DNA of 64,000 bases from the human T2T-CHM13v2.0 reference genome, Homo sapiens: the NCBI RefSeq assembly GCF_009914755.1, contig NC_060927.1, one strand, 5' to 3'. Each line of letters begins with the position of its first letter. Position 1 is the stretch's first letter. Under the pieces are notes generated by a model. It was not told the DNA's origin. It saw only the letters and a program-made list of their open reading frames with translations, and ran no database searches. Below are positions 13,771 to 26,635 of this stretch, piece after piece. Position numbers and translations under genes: made by a program.

Positions 13771-15519
13771 GTATTTAGTATAACAGTTTAGTATAAACCT
13801 TGGCCCTCCTTAGCCCTGGCCAAACAGGGTAGCTGAAATCACAGCTTCTTTTTCACCCACAACTCTACTCTAAACCCTTCCACTCCACACTCTCTTAATG
13901 GAAACTAGTGCACTAGATGTGCATTGGAGCATTGCCCAAGAAATTTTGAGAAAAAACTTCATGACTCTTGGCTAGGCAAAACTTCAAACAAAGAGGATAT
14001 ATATTCAACTCAATTCAAGACAACAAACAGTGCATACATGCTGCCTAGATGCTTTCTAGATGCATAAGAATTTCTGTCTCGAAAGAACAAAACATGTATT
14101 CCTAGAAATTGTGACAGCAAGTAAACAAATATTTAATCATTTTCTTTCACATCAAAAGTACTGCCAGTATTTTTCCCCCTGTTTCCTAAGATGGAATCGT
14201 CTTGCTCTTAAAGTTATTGAATCTAGGAAAGTTGCCAATTTGGGAAGTTCCAAGCAGTGGCAGGAGAGGGGACAAGTAATAGGAGCAGTCCTCCTCACAC
14301 TCCCTCTGTTCCCCGTGTGCAGGCAGTAACGGTATATTGCGTGTAGAGAATTTAAAAACAACAGTAAAACCAATTTTAAAGAAAGGCAGTCTTCTCCTTA
14401 TTATCACTATGCACTGGCAATTCTAAACAATGTCAGTGGTAACATATTCATTCTCACCCATTGAGGTGAATCTACATTTTTGCGAGTTCCAAGAAACTGC
14501 TGTGTTTCAAAGGTGGAAATTTGACCCAGGAGAGCCTTGCCTAAGTCCCTTGTTCACCACTTTGGTGAGCAATTTTAGTCATTAACTATGCAAATTCTTA
14601 CCCATTGTTCTTAGACAATCCCTCAATGGAGGAGGAAATACTGATTTATTTCATTTCATAATGTAAAAGCTAACTTCATCAGAAGTATGAAATTTTATGG
14701 AGATTATTCTGTCAACTGTTTTTTACCACTTCCGTTTCAGATGGAATATAGGGAGAAAGAAGGTTTTCCAGTAAAGGAGCATAAGCCCTTGGCAAGTCTT
14801 GGCCTAAGAAGGTAAATTGCTAGTAAGGGATATAGATCATGGACACCAAGAGATGTAGCATCAAATATCGGGTTTTAACATTTCCTACTCCATTCTTCAG
14901 AAAGGTTTTGTTGAAACATTGCAGCCCAATGTTAGTTGTACTTTGAAGAATTACACGGGGAATCCATGTCTGCATAGAGGATGGAAGTGATAGGTGAAAA
15001 CCTTCAAGAGAATGAATAGCAAGAATGAGGTGACAAAAGCTTACCAGCATAGAAATCCAAGGAAATCTGGAGTGTCTAGAAACAAGAAGAATGGATGTGG
15101 GAAACATGTAAGCCCCGGAGGCACAACTCAGTGCCTAGAGGCACTAGGGCAGAAAATGTAAAATATAAAGGGATGAATGGAAACCTGGAGGGATCCTGCC
15201 TCTCTAAAAATTCAGCCAATGTTAATCACTAGCCAATTGCTGTTCTACTTACAAAAGTGGCGAGAGCTACAACTTTTCTAACAGAATTCCAAAATTTGAG
15301 TTTAAATGGAATATTGTTCATTTTTAAAAGCTACAAAATAATGGAAAAATTAATACTTTTTCTTATAGCAACTGCTGATACTCAGGCCTTGAGAATTTTG
15401 CACATGAGAAGGATCTGAAATGCACATGATGGGGACAAGGATTGTCATTTGAATGATAAGGATGATCCATTATACATAGATTTTTAAAATATTCATATTA
15501 AAACTGTGAAACAAGGCAG

Positions 15520-15880
15520 CCCATGCTAAGTGATATAACAAAATTACAAGAAGTAATCAGAAAAGCCTCCATGGGAGAAAGGTACTCAAACAGATCCTTA
15601 CTGTTAGGTAAGTTATCAACAGGGAGAGATAATGGGAAAAGCAGGAAAAGAAGGAAAGAAAAAAGTTAGACACAGAAACAACATAGAAAATGCAGTGAGA
15701 GATTTTTTCTACATTCAGCATGTTTGAAGACTTGCAATTGTACATATGCACTGGATAGGAAAGTATGAGAAAGGAGCAAAAGCTAGGTAGGGTCACACCA
15801 TAGAAGGCTGCAGAGGACAAGTTGAGTGATTTGTACAATGCTCAGTATGCATGTGAGACCCTTGAAGAATTGTAAAGGTC
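15520..15880 (-). mobile_element. L2 fragment
   Basis: Purine-rich reverse L2 pattern aatcagaaaagcctccatggga...gtagggtcacaccatagaaggc. Confidence 0.55.
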
Positions 15881-17172
15881 AGTAACTATAAACTTATCTA
15901 TTTATTATGCATCTAAATTTTCCCAAAATATTATCAACAGTGGCAAATTCATAACATAATTTTCCAAAGTATGCCATAGTACTGGTATTTTCTGTCGAAG
16001 TTAAAGCAACAAAAGAGGATTGCGATTAACTACAATAACCTTACCTGCTTCAGTGAATGATGATCATGTGGTTCCAATTATACACACGATAATGTGAAAA
16101 TTCTTCTACTAAGCAAAGGAGAAAACCTTATGCTTAAATCTAAGGGTGGGGGGGGACGTGTTGCCCTGTGGCTACAGAGCATATTTGTCACAAACACTAA
16201 GCACTTATGGATCCCAAACGCCTACCATTGTTTTTCAGAGTCCCCAACGTCCAATGTTTTTTCTGCAGTGCAACATATGTAAGCTGCTTAAATCAGATTC
16301 TGACATCACTTCAACTTCAAACTGGAGGCTATGTGAGGCTTCGCAGATGGCAAAAACCATCCAGTTCTCTAAGTGTGTGTTCAGCATAAGGTGCTCGTAT
16401 GTTCTCTTGGACCTGGCTGGGCTGAAATCTTCCCTGAGAGAGAAATTCATGGTGTTCAGTTTTATGGTGATGAGTCAGAACTCTAGCTACTTGAGCTATG
16501 TCTTGCTTTTTTTCTTTTGTAAAAGTTAAGAGCATACTCACAGTGGCTTACCAGCCTCTCAACCAGGCTTAGGAAAATTGAAAATTGACTAATTGCCTTT
16601 CTACTGTCTCTAGATGATTCAGGACCCTTTAATCAGTATAGAATTTTTTAAAATTTAACTTCATTCTTCATTTTTGAATACCTCTTCATGAGGTATTCAT
16701 GACTCAACACTAAAGATATAGTTTCAATCCTAGTAAGAAGAGGCCAATACCTAGATCCAGGATTGAAAGTGAAAAAAATGAACAAACAAAGCATGAAAGA
16801 GCCAAGCATTCCAGTTTACCACTGAACAATTGATAATCCCCAACTTGACCTTCAGTGCTTTCCAGTCTGGCCCTATTGTGCTTTCCAGGCCCATTTCTGT
16901 AGGTATGCTGTAATCATTCAAACCAGACGATTTTCTCACATTCTATGTTGTCTCACCATGGTCCCTTTGCATAGGCTGATCCCTTTCCCAGGAAGGACTT
17001 TCTTCCTTCCCATTCCATCTTTGTGATTCTGGCAGGGCTAGCATATAGAGTCCATGATGGAGGTGGAGGTGATGGAGGGTGGAAGGGAATGGTGAGGAGG
17101 GAAATGGAGATTGGAACCAGAAGTGAAAGGTCATGAACTTCTACTAAGGAACCTGAACTTCATTCTCTAAAC

Positions 17173-17375
17173 CATTGTTTCGTAAAGTATCCATAGACCA
17201 TCTGCATCTGACTATATGAGGACTTTTGTTAAAAGGCATATTCTTGGGTCTAGACATACTAAATTAGCATCTCTGTGCATGAGGCCCAGAACTGGCCTTT
17301 TAATAAGCCAGTTAGGCTTATGCAATGAGTTAGGCTTTGGTAATTCTTACACATATGAAAGTTTGAATGTTGTAA
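17173..17375. mobile_element. MER5A-like DNA transposon
   Basis: ttgttaaaaggcatattcttggg...tactaaattagcatctctg...gaggcccagaactggccttttaataagcc...ggtaattcttacacatatgaaagtttga. Confidence 0.7.
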
Positions 17376-17519
17376 ATATCTCAAAACAGCGAGGCTGAGA
17401 ATGTGAATAGATGTGCACATTGGAGAGGTCATACGCACAGCAGAATGAGGCCAGGAAGCATGGGGAAAGAGCTTAGAGGGAGAAAGACCAGTTAGAAAAC
17501 TATTACAATAGTCACTATT

Positions 17520-17870
17520 AACCTCTCTCTTCTGAGCCCTTCCTCCTTCCTTGGCTTTCACAGGAGGACTCTTCTTGATTCTCCTGCCGCATCTCTGACT
17601 GCTTTCCCGAGTCTTTCATGTTTGTCCTCTTCTTCTAGTATCCCTTTCATGACTAATGTTCCTCCATGTTCTGTCTGCATGTCTGCAGTTCTCTTCCTAT
17701 GAAGAGTCTCCTTAATATGTCATCCACTCCCATAGCTTCAGGTGCTACATGTATACAGATGCCCCACAAATTTATATCTCAAGACAGCAAACTTACATTT
17801 TTAACTACCTAATAAGATGTTCTAACTAGTATTTCATGAGCATGTTCAAAATTCACACTCTTCTCTGTCT
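17520..17870 (+). mobile_element. L2 ORF2 (reverse transcriptase) fragment
   Basis: tcatccactcccatagcttc...atgtatacagatgccccacaaatttatatctc, a degenerate YADD region of the L2 RT. Confidence 0.75.
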
Positions 17871-18914
17871 TTATACCTACTTCTCTTTCTTTAGTACGAA
17901 TCTCATATGCAGTGGGTTTGCAAAATCCACCCCAAGACAGACACCAGAGAGTCTTAAATGTGTCCTATTCTTCATGCCATCCCTCCACTATTTGTTTCTT
18001 GTCTTATCTTCTACTAACAATTGTCTCTTCACATCTGTACCTTTCTTTATATTTCCACCACCATATATTTTGTTCAGACCCCATATCCTGAGAAAATCCC
18101 TAAAACTTATCCCTTCCTCAACCAACAAAAAGGCCAAATAGAACATGCATGACAGAGAAACAGGGAAAATCCCCCTAATCAAAGAGTATGAAGTGCCCCA
18201 CTGAAGAAAATCTTTAATTTAAGGCTTCATATATTCAGTATTTATTTGCCAAAGTGTAAATATCTTTCTGTCACAAGATTCTAATTGCATCTTACTACAA
18301 CTATAGCATTGATAGATGGCCTCAACTTGTCACTGTCCAGACATGATGTGATCTCATAAGTACCACAATGATGGCATGAGGGAAGAGAAACACTAAATGG
18401 AAACTGGAACTGACTCTTTCAGGCCAGTTCCGTTCCCTAGTCTGATATATCAAAATAGTGGCTTTCAGAGGGAGAAAAAAGAAGAAATGCACACACATAC
18501 ACATAAAATAAAATCAATTATGGCCTCATTCCTCTGCCTGTTAATTAAGACTGAGGTAATGGTGGCAGATTTTAATGTGACTCAGGATTCCAAGAACTCA
18601 ACTCAGGAAGTCCCAGAGTTGGTGGATTAACTGAAGGCTCCTCAGGGAACGGGAGTTTCCCTCACTTGCAAGTCTGCTGGCTGCTAGAGAGCACTGACTG
18701 TGGAGAGCACATAGACAGCCAAGACCCCCAGAACAGAGGAGTCCTGGAGACAGGCCTGCCTCCTCAAGTCTTTGAGTGAGGTGAAGGACATTCTAATGCC
18801 ACTTAGTCCACAGAGAATTTCAGCCTCCATGTGCACCTGAATGGTAACCAGGACCATGACTACTGTTCTACCATGACTACCAGTATTGGGGTTGCCAATT
18901 ACTGTGGCCACTCC

Positions 18915-19153
18915 AGTATTGAATGCTCTTTCTTCAGTTACTACTGTTCTAGCACTTTGTACAAGATATACCATTTAGTCTTCTCCAGAAGCACATGAAG
19001 TAGATATTGCTATCTCCAATTCAGCTGCAAGGAGACAGAGTCAGGGAAGTTAGGAAATTTCCTAAAAGTCACACTTCTGGTAAATGTTGGATTCGAGATT
19101 CAAATGCAGGTTTATGTGAATTCAAAGCAGTCTCTTCCCATTGACTATGCTAC
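18915..19153 (-). mobile_element. MIR (MIRb-like), near full length
   Basis: ctactgttctagcactttg...atgaagtagatattgctatctcca...aagtcacacttctggtaaatgttggattcgagattcaaatgcagg. Confidence 0.8.
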
Positions 19154-20059
19154 TTGTGCTATGTTTTATATCCTGTTAATTGTTCTTCTCTGATAAGTTT
19201 GTGATAAAAGTGCTAACAAGTATCAACATTTCCTGTCCCATATTTCAAATACTCCCAGGAGGACTGGGTAGGGTGAGGGTAGATAATGTCATCAAAGGCA
19301 ATACTCTTTGAAATTAATTTCCTGTATCATTCGCACAAGGGTATACTGACATAAAGGTTATGCCTTTAATGGTTTTGCATCAGACAATTATCAGTAATTA
19401 AAAACCTACTAGGCATTAGCTTATTAGATCACTTTTTAAGGTGGCAGTGAGCTTAGATCTAAGATGGAATTAAGTTGTAAATTGTTGTCATTGAGAGACT
19501 TACCCTTTTTTAATTCAAGTATAGGAAGGAAAATGTTGAAATTATAAATTCTAGTAAAATCCCGGCTTTAAAGATATTTTCTTTCCCTAAACTAACTGTC
19601 CTTATGCCATAGGTTTAAATTCAATTTTTCCATTGGCTTAGATTTTAATACACAATATAAAACACAGTTTAAACTTAGTCAATGTTTTTATTTAGATTTT
19701 TATTCTTCCTTAAAAACAAAACTGTGAAAAAAAATAGAAAGAAAAAGATTGGCTGCATTTTTTCAACACACTCAGCACATGCTGTTATAGAAAGATTTGT
19801 CCTACAAGCATGAATCTGCTAAAGATTCATAAAATGTGCCATTTGTATTTTTTAGCATTCCTTCAGGCATAGATCCATAAAAGATTATGTACTTAGTATC
19901 CTCCGTAAACAAAAGATGCACACATCTTTTATTCTTTCAAGTTTCCCAAATAAGTTCTTTCCTTCTTCCTGTTCTTCTCTAATTGCTTTTTACCCCTCTT
20001 TTCTCTATTTTCCTGCACCCAGGACTTAACTTCTTTCTAGTAATTAAAAAACAAGCCAG

Positions 20060-20640
20060 GTGATGACATCAGCAAGAATGGTGGAGTAAGGACTTCCAAA
20101 AATCCTCTTCCTAATAAAAGCAACTAGAACACTAGCAAAAAAAATTGTCAAAATCAACTTTTCAGAACACTGTAAATTAACCAAAGGCATATAACAATTC
20201 AGGAAGCCTTTATTCAAGAAAAACTGCTGAATCTTGGTTTAAAAAAAAAAAAAATGAGCTTTTTGGCATTGTAACTTGCCCTATTCCCATCCGCTTCTCC
20301 CTAGCTCTGTGGTAGCCATGAAAACTGACAGCCTGCAATAAAATTGTAAACTAGCAGCATAGAAGCCACTGGAAGGGTCAGAAAGGGGCTGGAGCTCTTT
20401 CAAAGCCTCATTCTCAAAGAATTGTCATTATTTGAACTGTCTGGCAGTTTCCTGAGAAACCCTACTCTCAAGGAATATCTTTATTTGACCTCAGAAGCTC
20501 ACCTAATGAAAACAGTCTTTTTCTTAGAGGTGTTTGTCAAAAACAATCAGTGGCATTATTTAACGTCATGTCTGCTGAGATGGTGGTAACAGTTGAGGCA
20601 AAGAACAAACTAATCAAAAAACTTAGAAGAAAAAGCTGTG
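20060..20640 (+). mobile_element. Ancient L1M 5' UTR segment
   Basis: gatgacatcagcaagaatggtggagtaaggacttcc...aaattgtcaaaatcaacttttcagaac resembles recalled L1MC/MD-type 5' ends. Confidence 0.7.
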
Positions 20641-21345
20641 AAAGAATGTGGCAAGCATGCAGAAAATTTGGGACCTTTCTTTATACACTGCTAGCAGAAG
20701 TGTAAAATGGTATAGCCACTTTGGAAAATAGTCTGGCAATTTTTCAAATACTTAAACACAGAATTACCATAAGCCAGAAATTCCATTCCCATGCACATGT
20801 GAAAAAAGAGTTAAAAATACACCTCCAGAACAAAAACTTATGCATGAATGTTTAAAATAGCCAAAAAAGTGGAAACAACCCAAATATCCATCAACTGATT
20901 AACAGATAAACAATGTGGCATATCTATATAATAGAATATTATCCACCCTACAAAGAAATGAAGTACTGATCCATGGGTAAACCTATATCTGTAGATATAG
21001 ATTATAGATATCTACAATATAGATAGACATAGTGAAAACACTGTGTTAATTAATAGAAGCCAGGCCCCAAATGCTACATACTGTATGATTCCATTTATAA
21101 GAAAAGTCCAGAACAGAAAAAGACATAGAAAATAGATTAGTGGTAGTCAGGAGTGAGCAGTTGAAGGAAGTTGAGAGTGATTGCTAATGGACATGGAATT
21201 TTATTTTGGGATGATGAAAATGTTCTGTAACTAAACAGTGGAGATGATTGCACAACATTCTGAGTGTTAAAAACTACTAAATTATATACTATAAAAGGAT
21301 GATTTTATGATATATGACTATCTCAATAAAAATAAACAAATAAAT
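20641..21345 (+). mobile_element. L1MB7/8-like ORF2 end plus 3' UTR with A-rich tail
   Basis: gtaaaatggtatagccactttggaaaatagtctggca...aagtggaaacaacccaaatatccatcaactgat...tatctcaataaaaataaacaaataaa. Confidence 0.88.
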
Positions 21346-21404
21346 ACCAAGTTAGAATCTGTGATTAAATTTTATTATCTGAAGCAACAGAGGAAGAATG
21401 GCAA

Positions 21405-21604
21405 CATAACACATGGGAATGGCACTGGATGGGGAGTTAGACATCTTCTGTTCTAGTACCAGTTCTGTAGCTAACTTGCTTAAGTTATCTGCAGCAAGCT
21501 ACTAACCACTCTGGGCTTTATTTCTCTTAAACACAAAATGAAGATTTTTGACTGTATGACCCTTTGTCATCACATCCTACATAGCCCCTGAAATTCCATG
21601 ACTC
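21405..21604 (+). mobile_element. MIR (MIRc/MIR3-like)
   Basis: gcactggatggggagttagac...ttctagtaccagttctg...taaccactctgggc...aaattccatgactc. Confidence 0.7.
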
Positions 21605-21699
21605 AATGTATTGAATCACTGTTCTTATCATCAAACTCTTCCCTTATGAACTCAAGATAAAAAAATGACACACTGTTCTCTGAAACAAACAAACAAAAA

Positions 21700-21810
21700 A
21701 TAACAAATAATAATCTATGATGCACCAGGCATTATCCTGGGTGGTTGGGATACATCATTGAATAAAACAGGCAAAGATCCTTGTCTTTATGGAGCTGACA
21801 ATTTCAGTAA
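21700..21810 (-). mobile_element. L2 3' end
   Basis: ccaggcattatcctgggtggttgggatacatcattgaataaaacaggcaaagatccttgtctttatggagctgaca. Confidence 0.75.
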
Positions 21811-22696
21811 AAGTGTTCTTCCTTCCTGCCTGTCCTCATCCAAAATTACTATCTGTATATATTAATAGTAATAAAACTTTGAAGTTTTGATACCAGATTA
21901 GTTAATTATCATCATTTGTCTTTTTGATTAAATGTTACACCATAGAAGTCTACCTGGATTAAACTTCTGCTGACTGAATTTTGTATAACAGACATCTTAC
22001 TATCTGAGAAGATTATTACCTAGAGGAAAAGGCAGTGACAGGAGCTATATTTAGAAAGTCAATGACAGAGCACCCTCACATTTGACCTAGAGCAACATAA
22101 TTTTTTTCTGTAACCTTGAAGAGATCAGAATCCCAAGAGCCTGGTTAATAACTTGTAGCATACTACCCGCTGTGTTATATCTATTAGCATAGAGTAGATA
22201 TTAGAATTCAAAGTTAAACTAGTTGTGCTATAACTCTCAAGCCCCATATTTGCCATCTGCTCTATCTTAATTAGAATGAATTTTTTGGCATTGTAAAAAA
22301 TTTCATCACCTATATCTTCACCATTTCATCCACAAGACAGAATCAACCTCCATTTTCTTCTCCATATTCCTTAAAAGTAGGTCAATGAAAAATTCCAATA
22401 AAAAACTGTCTTGTGGAGAAAAATGAAAGTATAGGCCTTTATGTATTTAACTTTGTCCTTTAAAATGTGTGTATAAGTTTCTTTCTATGTATAAGCCTAC
22501 TTGTGTATTGATTCGGTAAGGACTATTCAAGAGTTAATGTCCAAAAATGAAGATAACTATCAGCAATTTAAGTATGTGGAGTTTTTAATTTTTGCTTTTA
22601 ATCAATCCATAAAATGAGAGAGGAAACTGCATCATCTCTGAGGGATGTTTTTTAACCTCTAATATCCTTTTAGCTTCAAAAACCCCATCAAGAACA

Positions 22697-22984
22697 TGGC
22701 TCATGCCTTTAATCCTAGTCCTTTGGGAGGCTGAAGCAGAGGATCATTTGAGGCCAGGAGTTGAAGACTAGCCTGAGAAATGTAGTGAGACCCTTTCTCA
22801 ACAAAATATTTAAAAATTAGCTAAGTGTTGTGGTGCACACCTGTAGTCCTCGCTACTTACGAGGCTAAGGTGGGAGAATCGCTTGAGCCCAGGAGTTCGA
22901 GGTTACAGTGAGCTATGATCACACCACTGCACTCCAGCCTGGGTGAAAGAATAAGACCCTGTCTCTAAAAATAAATAAATAAAA
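22697..22984 (+). mobile_element. AluJ
   Basis: ggatcatttgaggccaggagttg...gcttgagcccaggagttcgaggttacagtgagctatgatc; (AAAT)n tail. Confidence 0.93.
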
Positions 22985-23599
22985 GTTAGATTTAAAAAAA
23001 GACCCAGCAACTTTCATTTTGTATTCTTCACTATGTGTTCACTATTTCCCTTTTGAATCCACTGTTTTAAAATGCTTTCCTAAGAAAAGAAAGCAATTTT
23101 GAATTGACATCTAGTCCTTCCCTAAAAGGATAAAATTGTATCAAATATAGTGATGGTTTTTAGTGACCTCTGGATCACATTTCAAGAATCCAGTGAGAAT
23201 CATAGAGACTGTTCATCCAAAAACGCATGTTGTTATCGACACATTTTTGCACACAGTTTTAGGGAGTACGTGACTCTCTAAAGCCTATCCAAGGAATTAC
23301 TAGGACAAAAATACCAGCTCCAAAAGAGAATTGCTTTGAAAATGTTTTCTCTCCTCCTTCTCCCTTTTTTGCTTTTTTTCCTAGTTGGCAAAAATATAAT
23401 AACAGGAAATGTGTTGAAAATGAAAGCTAATGACCCATCATCATACAAAAAGATGTCTTCATAAAAGTAATAAAAGAAGTACACATTAAAACAAATGTGA
23501 ATGATTGGATTGCTTTATTAATCACAGCAAAATTTATCAAGGGTGCAAGAAACCGGGTTCTTATCATATATTGCTGAATCAGACTGTCGTGCTAAAGGA

Positions 23600-24578
23600 A
23601 TCAGATTCTTCTCGGTAGGGAAAAATCTCCCATGAAAATTCATGTATATTACTGACAGGGTTGCAACTTTGTATTTATTTTCAGGAATTTGGTTTCAGGG
23701 AGCTAGATCATTTAATAAGACTGAAAAAGTGTGGTAAACATTCTTTTAAACATACAGACATATTTGCAGAGCTATAAGAGAAATGCCCAAGTACCAAAAG
23801 CAAATGAGGAGCAGGAAACTAGAGTGATAAGCTGATGCTGAAACTATAGCTGCTGTAAGAATGTCTGACAATGTCAGCAACAAAGATGGTGTTTCTGACC
23901 ATACAAACCACAAAGGACAAGGTCCATGCAAGTCGAGAGTTGAAAGTGCAACCAATACATAAGTTTTGGATATTCTACAGAATAAAACCTTGGTTTAAAA
24001 ATGAATTGCTGCCACCCAAAGGAGATGAGCTGGAAATATTTACTGAACCTGACTTACGGGAGGGGGAAAGTGTCCCATGAAAATTCATAGCCATAGTTCT
24101 CTCCCAAGAGACTAGGTACAAATTTACACCATCTTGATGATGCTCGAAACCCCAAATTGGCTTAAAGCAGGATTGAGTTGGTAATACCTCTGCATGTCTG
24201 GCAGAAACAAATCCAAACCTCCTCTCAAAGATAAATCATCAAACCAAGCCCTACAATATTTCCACAGATAAAGCCACCAGACAGACATGGTATCATAATG
24301 AAACACGTAAAATATATGAGGTAAAATTCACCAATAAGAATAGCCAGAAACAATAACCAAAAGACTTATAGATAATATAAAATAAGAACATTTAAAATAA
24401 TAAATGATGAAATCAGAAACACTAGAATGATACAAAACAGTATTCAAAAATACTAGGAAATCTTAAAAAGAAAAATAGATTTCTATAAATAAAAATAAAA
24501 TCATCACAAAATCTAACATATGAGTTAAAAGATTGAATGTAAATTAAAAAGAAAGTTGGCGAAGTAAAAAATAGATCA
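23600..24578 (+). mobile_element. Ancient L1ME-type 5' UTR/ORF1 fragment
   Basis: tctggcagaaacaaatccaaacctcctct motif followed by A-rich ORF1-like sequence; the 5' boundary is uncertain. Confidence 0.5.
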
Positions 24579-24740
24579 TTTTTATGAACTTCCTATATTT
24601 ACTCAAGAAGAATATAATCTCTAATTGTTAGAAGTAGTGTTCAACATACATTCAGATGAATCTGTTTTGTGTTAAAGCATATATATACATGTTAGTGATA
24701 TGTCTGCTTCTTTATCAATTACCGAGAAAAGTATGTTATT
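24579..24740 (-). mobile_element. L1M endonuclease-region fragment, inverted relative to its flanks
   Basis: aagaagaatataatctctaattgttagaagtagtgttc...tttatcaattaccgagaaaagtatgtt is typical reverse L1 ORF2 start. Confidence 0.65.
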
Positions 24741-24797
24741 ATGGAAGCAAAGATTAGAATACCACTTCTTTATACCCATTTAGAAAATGTAATTTTA

Positions 24798-25179
<382 letters not shown>

Positions 25180-25903
25180 CTAAGACCTTTATTAAGAGAA
25201 ACTATAAAATCTATTTGCAACACATTTTCACTGATGTTAAAGTGATATACACCATAGTCATAGACTATAATATCACTATGTCATTAAAATATCAATTGTA
25301 CCAAAATAAATATATCAACTTAGCATAATTACAATGAAAATTCTAATAAAGTTTTCATAGAACTTGCTAAGCTGATTTAAAATTTTACCTGGGCAACTAA
25401 AGAACCAATACTAGTCAAGGCTCCACCGAAGAAGAGGGTGAAAGACTTTAATCTACCAGATCTGAAGATTTATAATCAAACAATTCGTTATGACTGGACA
25501 GAAATAGAAAGGAATAAAGAGCCCAGAAAGACTATATATACATGGAAGTTTGATACATCATAGATCAGCAGAGAAAGGATGTAATTTTCAATAAGTCATG
25601 AAGACCAACTGATTTTTCCTTTGGAAAATAAACAGACCATCATCACTTAGGAAAATAATAATCACTTTGGAAAATAATTACATGACTCTTTGAGAAATAA
25701 TTCATCAGATCTCTATCATACAGTGTACATGTACACTTTAAATCCACATGTATCAAAGATGCAAGTGTAGAAAAAGAAAAACTTAATTCTTAGACAAAAA
25801 CATAGGAAACTGAGGCAGAAAAGTATTAAACAAGATGCATAAACACACCCCATAAGGGAAACTACTGATAAATTTAGTTTTATTACATTTAAAACTACTT
25901 AAC

Positions 25904-25926
25904 AACACACACACACACACACACAC
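25904..25926 (+). repeat. (CA)n microsatellite
   Basis: Seen directly. Confidence 0.9.
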
Positions 25927-26519
25927 CAAAAAATGACAAGGCTCAGGCTGGAAGAAGAGATTTGCAATTCTTGAGATGAAATATTAACATCCTGAACATT
26001 TAAAAAACTTACGTAAATCAAAAAGTGGAAAACAAACAAGCCAATAAATATTAGCCAAAATGTAAGAACAGATAATTCACAGAAGAAGAAACCTGGGCAG
26101 CCAGAAAGCAAATGCAAAGATGCTTGGCTTCACTGGTAATCATGACTACATAAACTTTTAAAATCACAATGGGATAATGTTTCACATCCATCAGGCTCAG
26201 AGTATTTTAAAGTGTAAGAATACACTTGGGCATAAATGTTGAGCCATAGGAACTCCCAAATAAATGGAAATTGCTCCAAATTGGAGAGCACTGTGATGCC
26301 TCTCTAGTAAAGTGGAAATTAAGTATCCCCTTAACCCAGTAAATCCACTAATATACAGTGTGGAAGATTCTTCCACATACTTATGACACATGTATAAGAA
26401 AGTTTAGCAAAGCAGCATTTACCATGGCAAAATAATTGAAAACATCCTAATTGCCAATCAAAAGAGATTAAATATTTATAGAATTAATGCCACATAGTAA
26501 TTAGGATCATTAGTCTAGA

Positions 26520-26635
26520 GACAAGCTGCCTAATATGGCAGCTATTAGCCACATTTGGCTATTGAACACTGGAAATGTATCTAGTCTGGTGTAAGATGCA
26601 CCGATTGTAAAGGACACAAAGAATTACCAAGATTA
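26520..26635. mobile_element. MER33/MER3-type hAT fragment
   Basis: aatatggcagctattagccacatttggctattgaacactggaaatgtatctagtc...gtaaaggacac. Confidence 0.7.
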
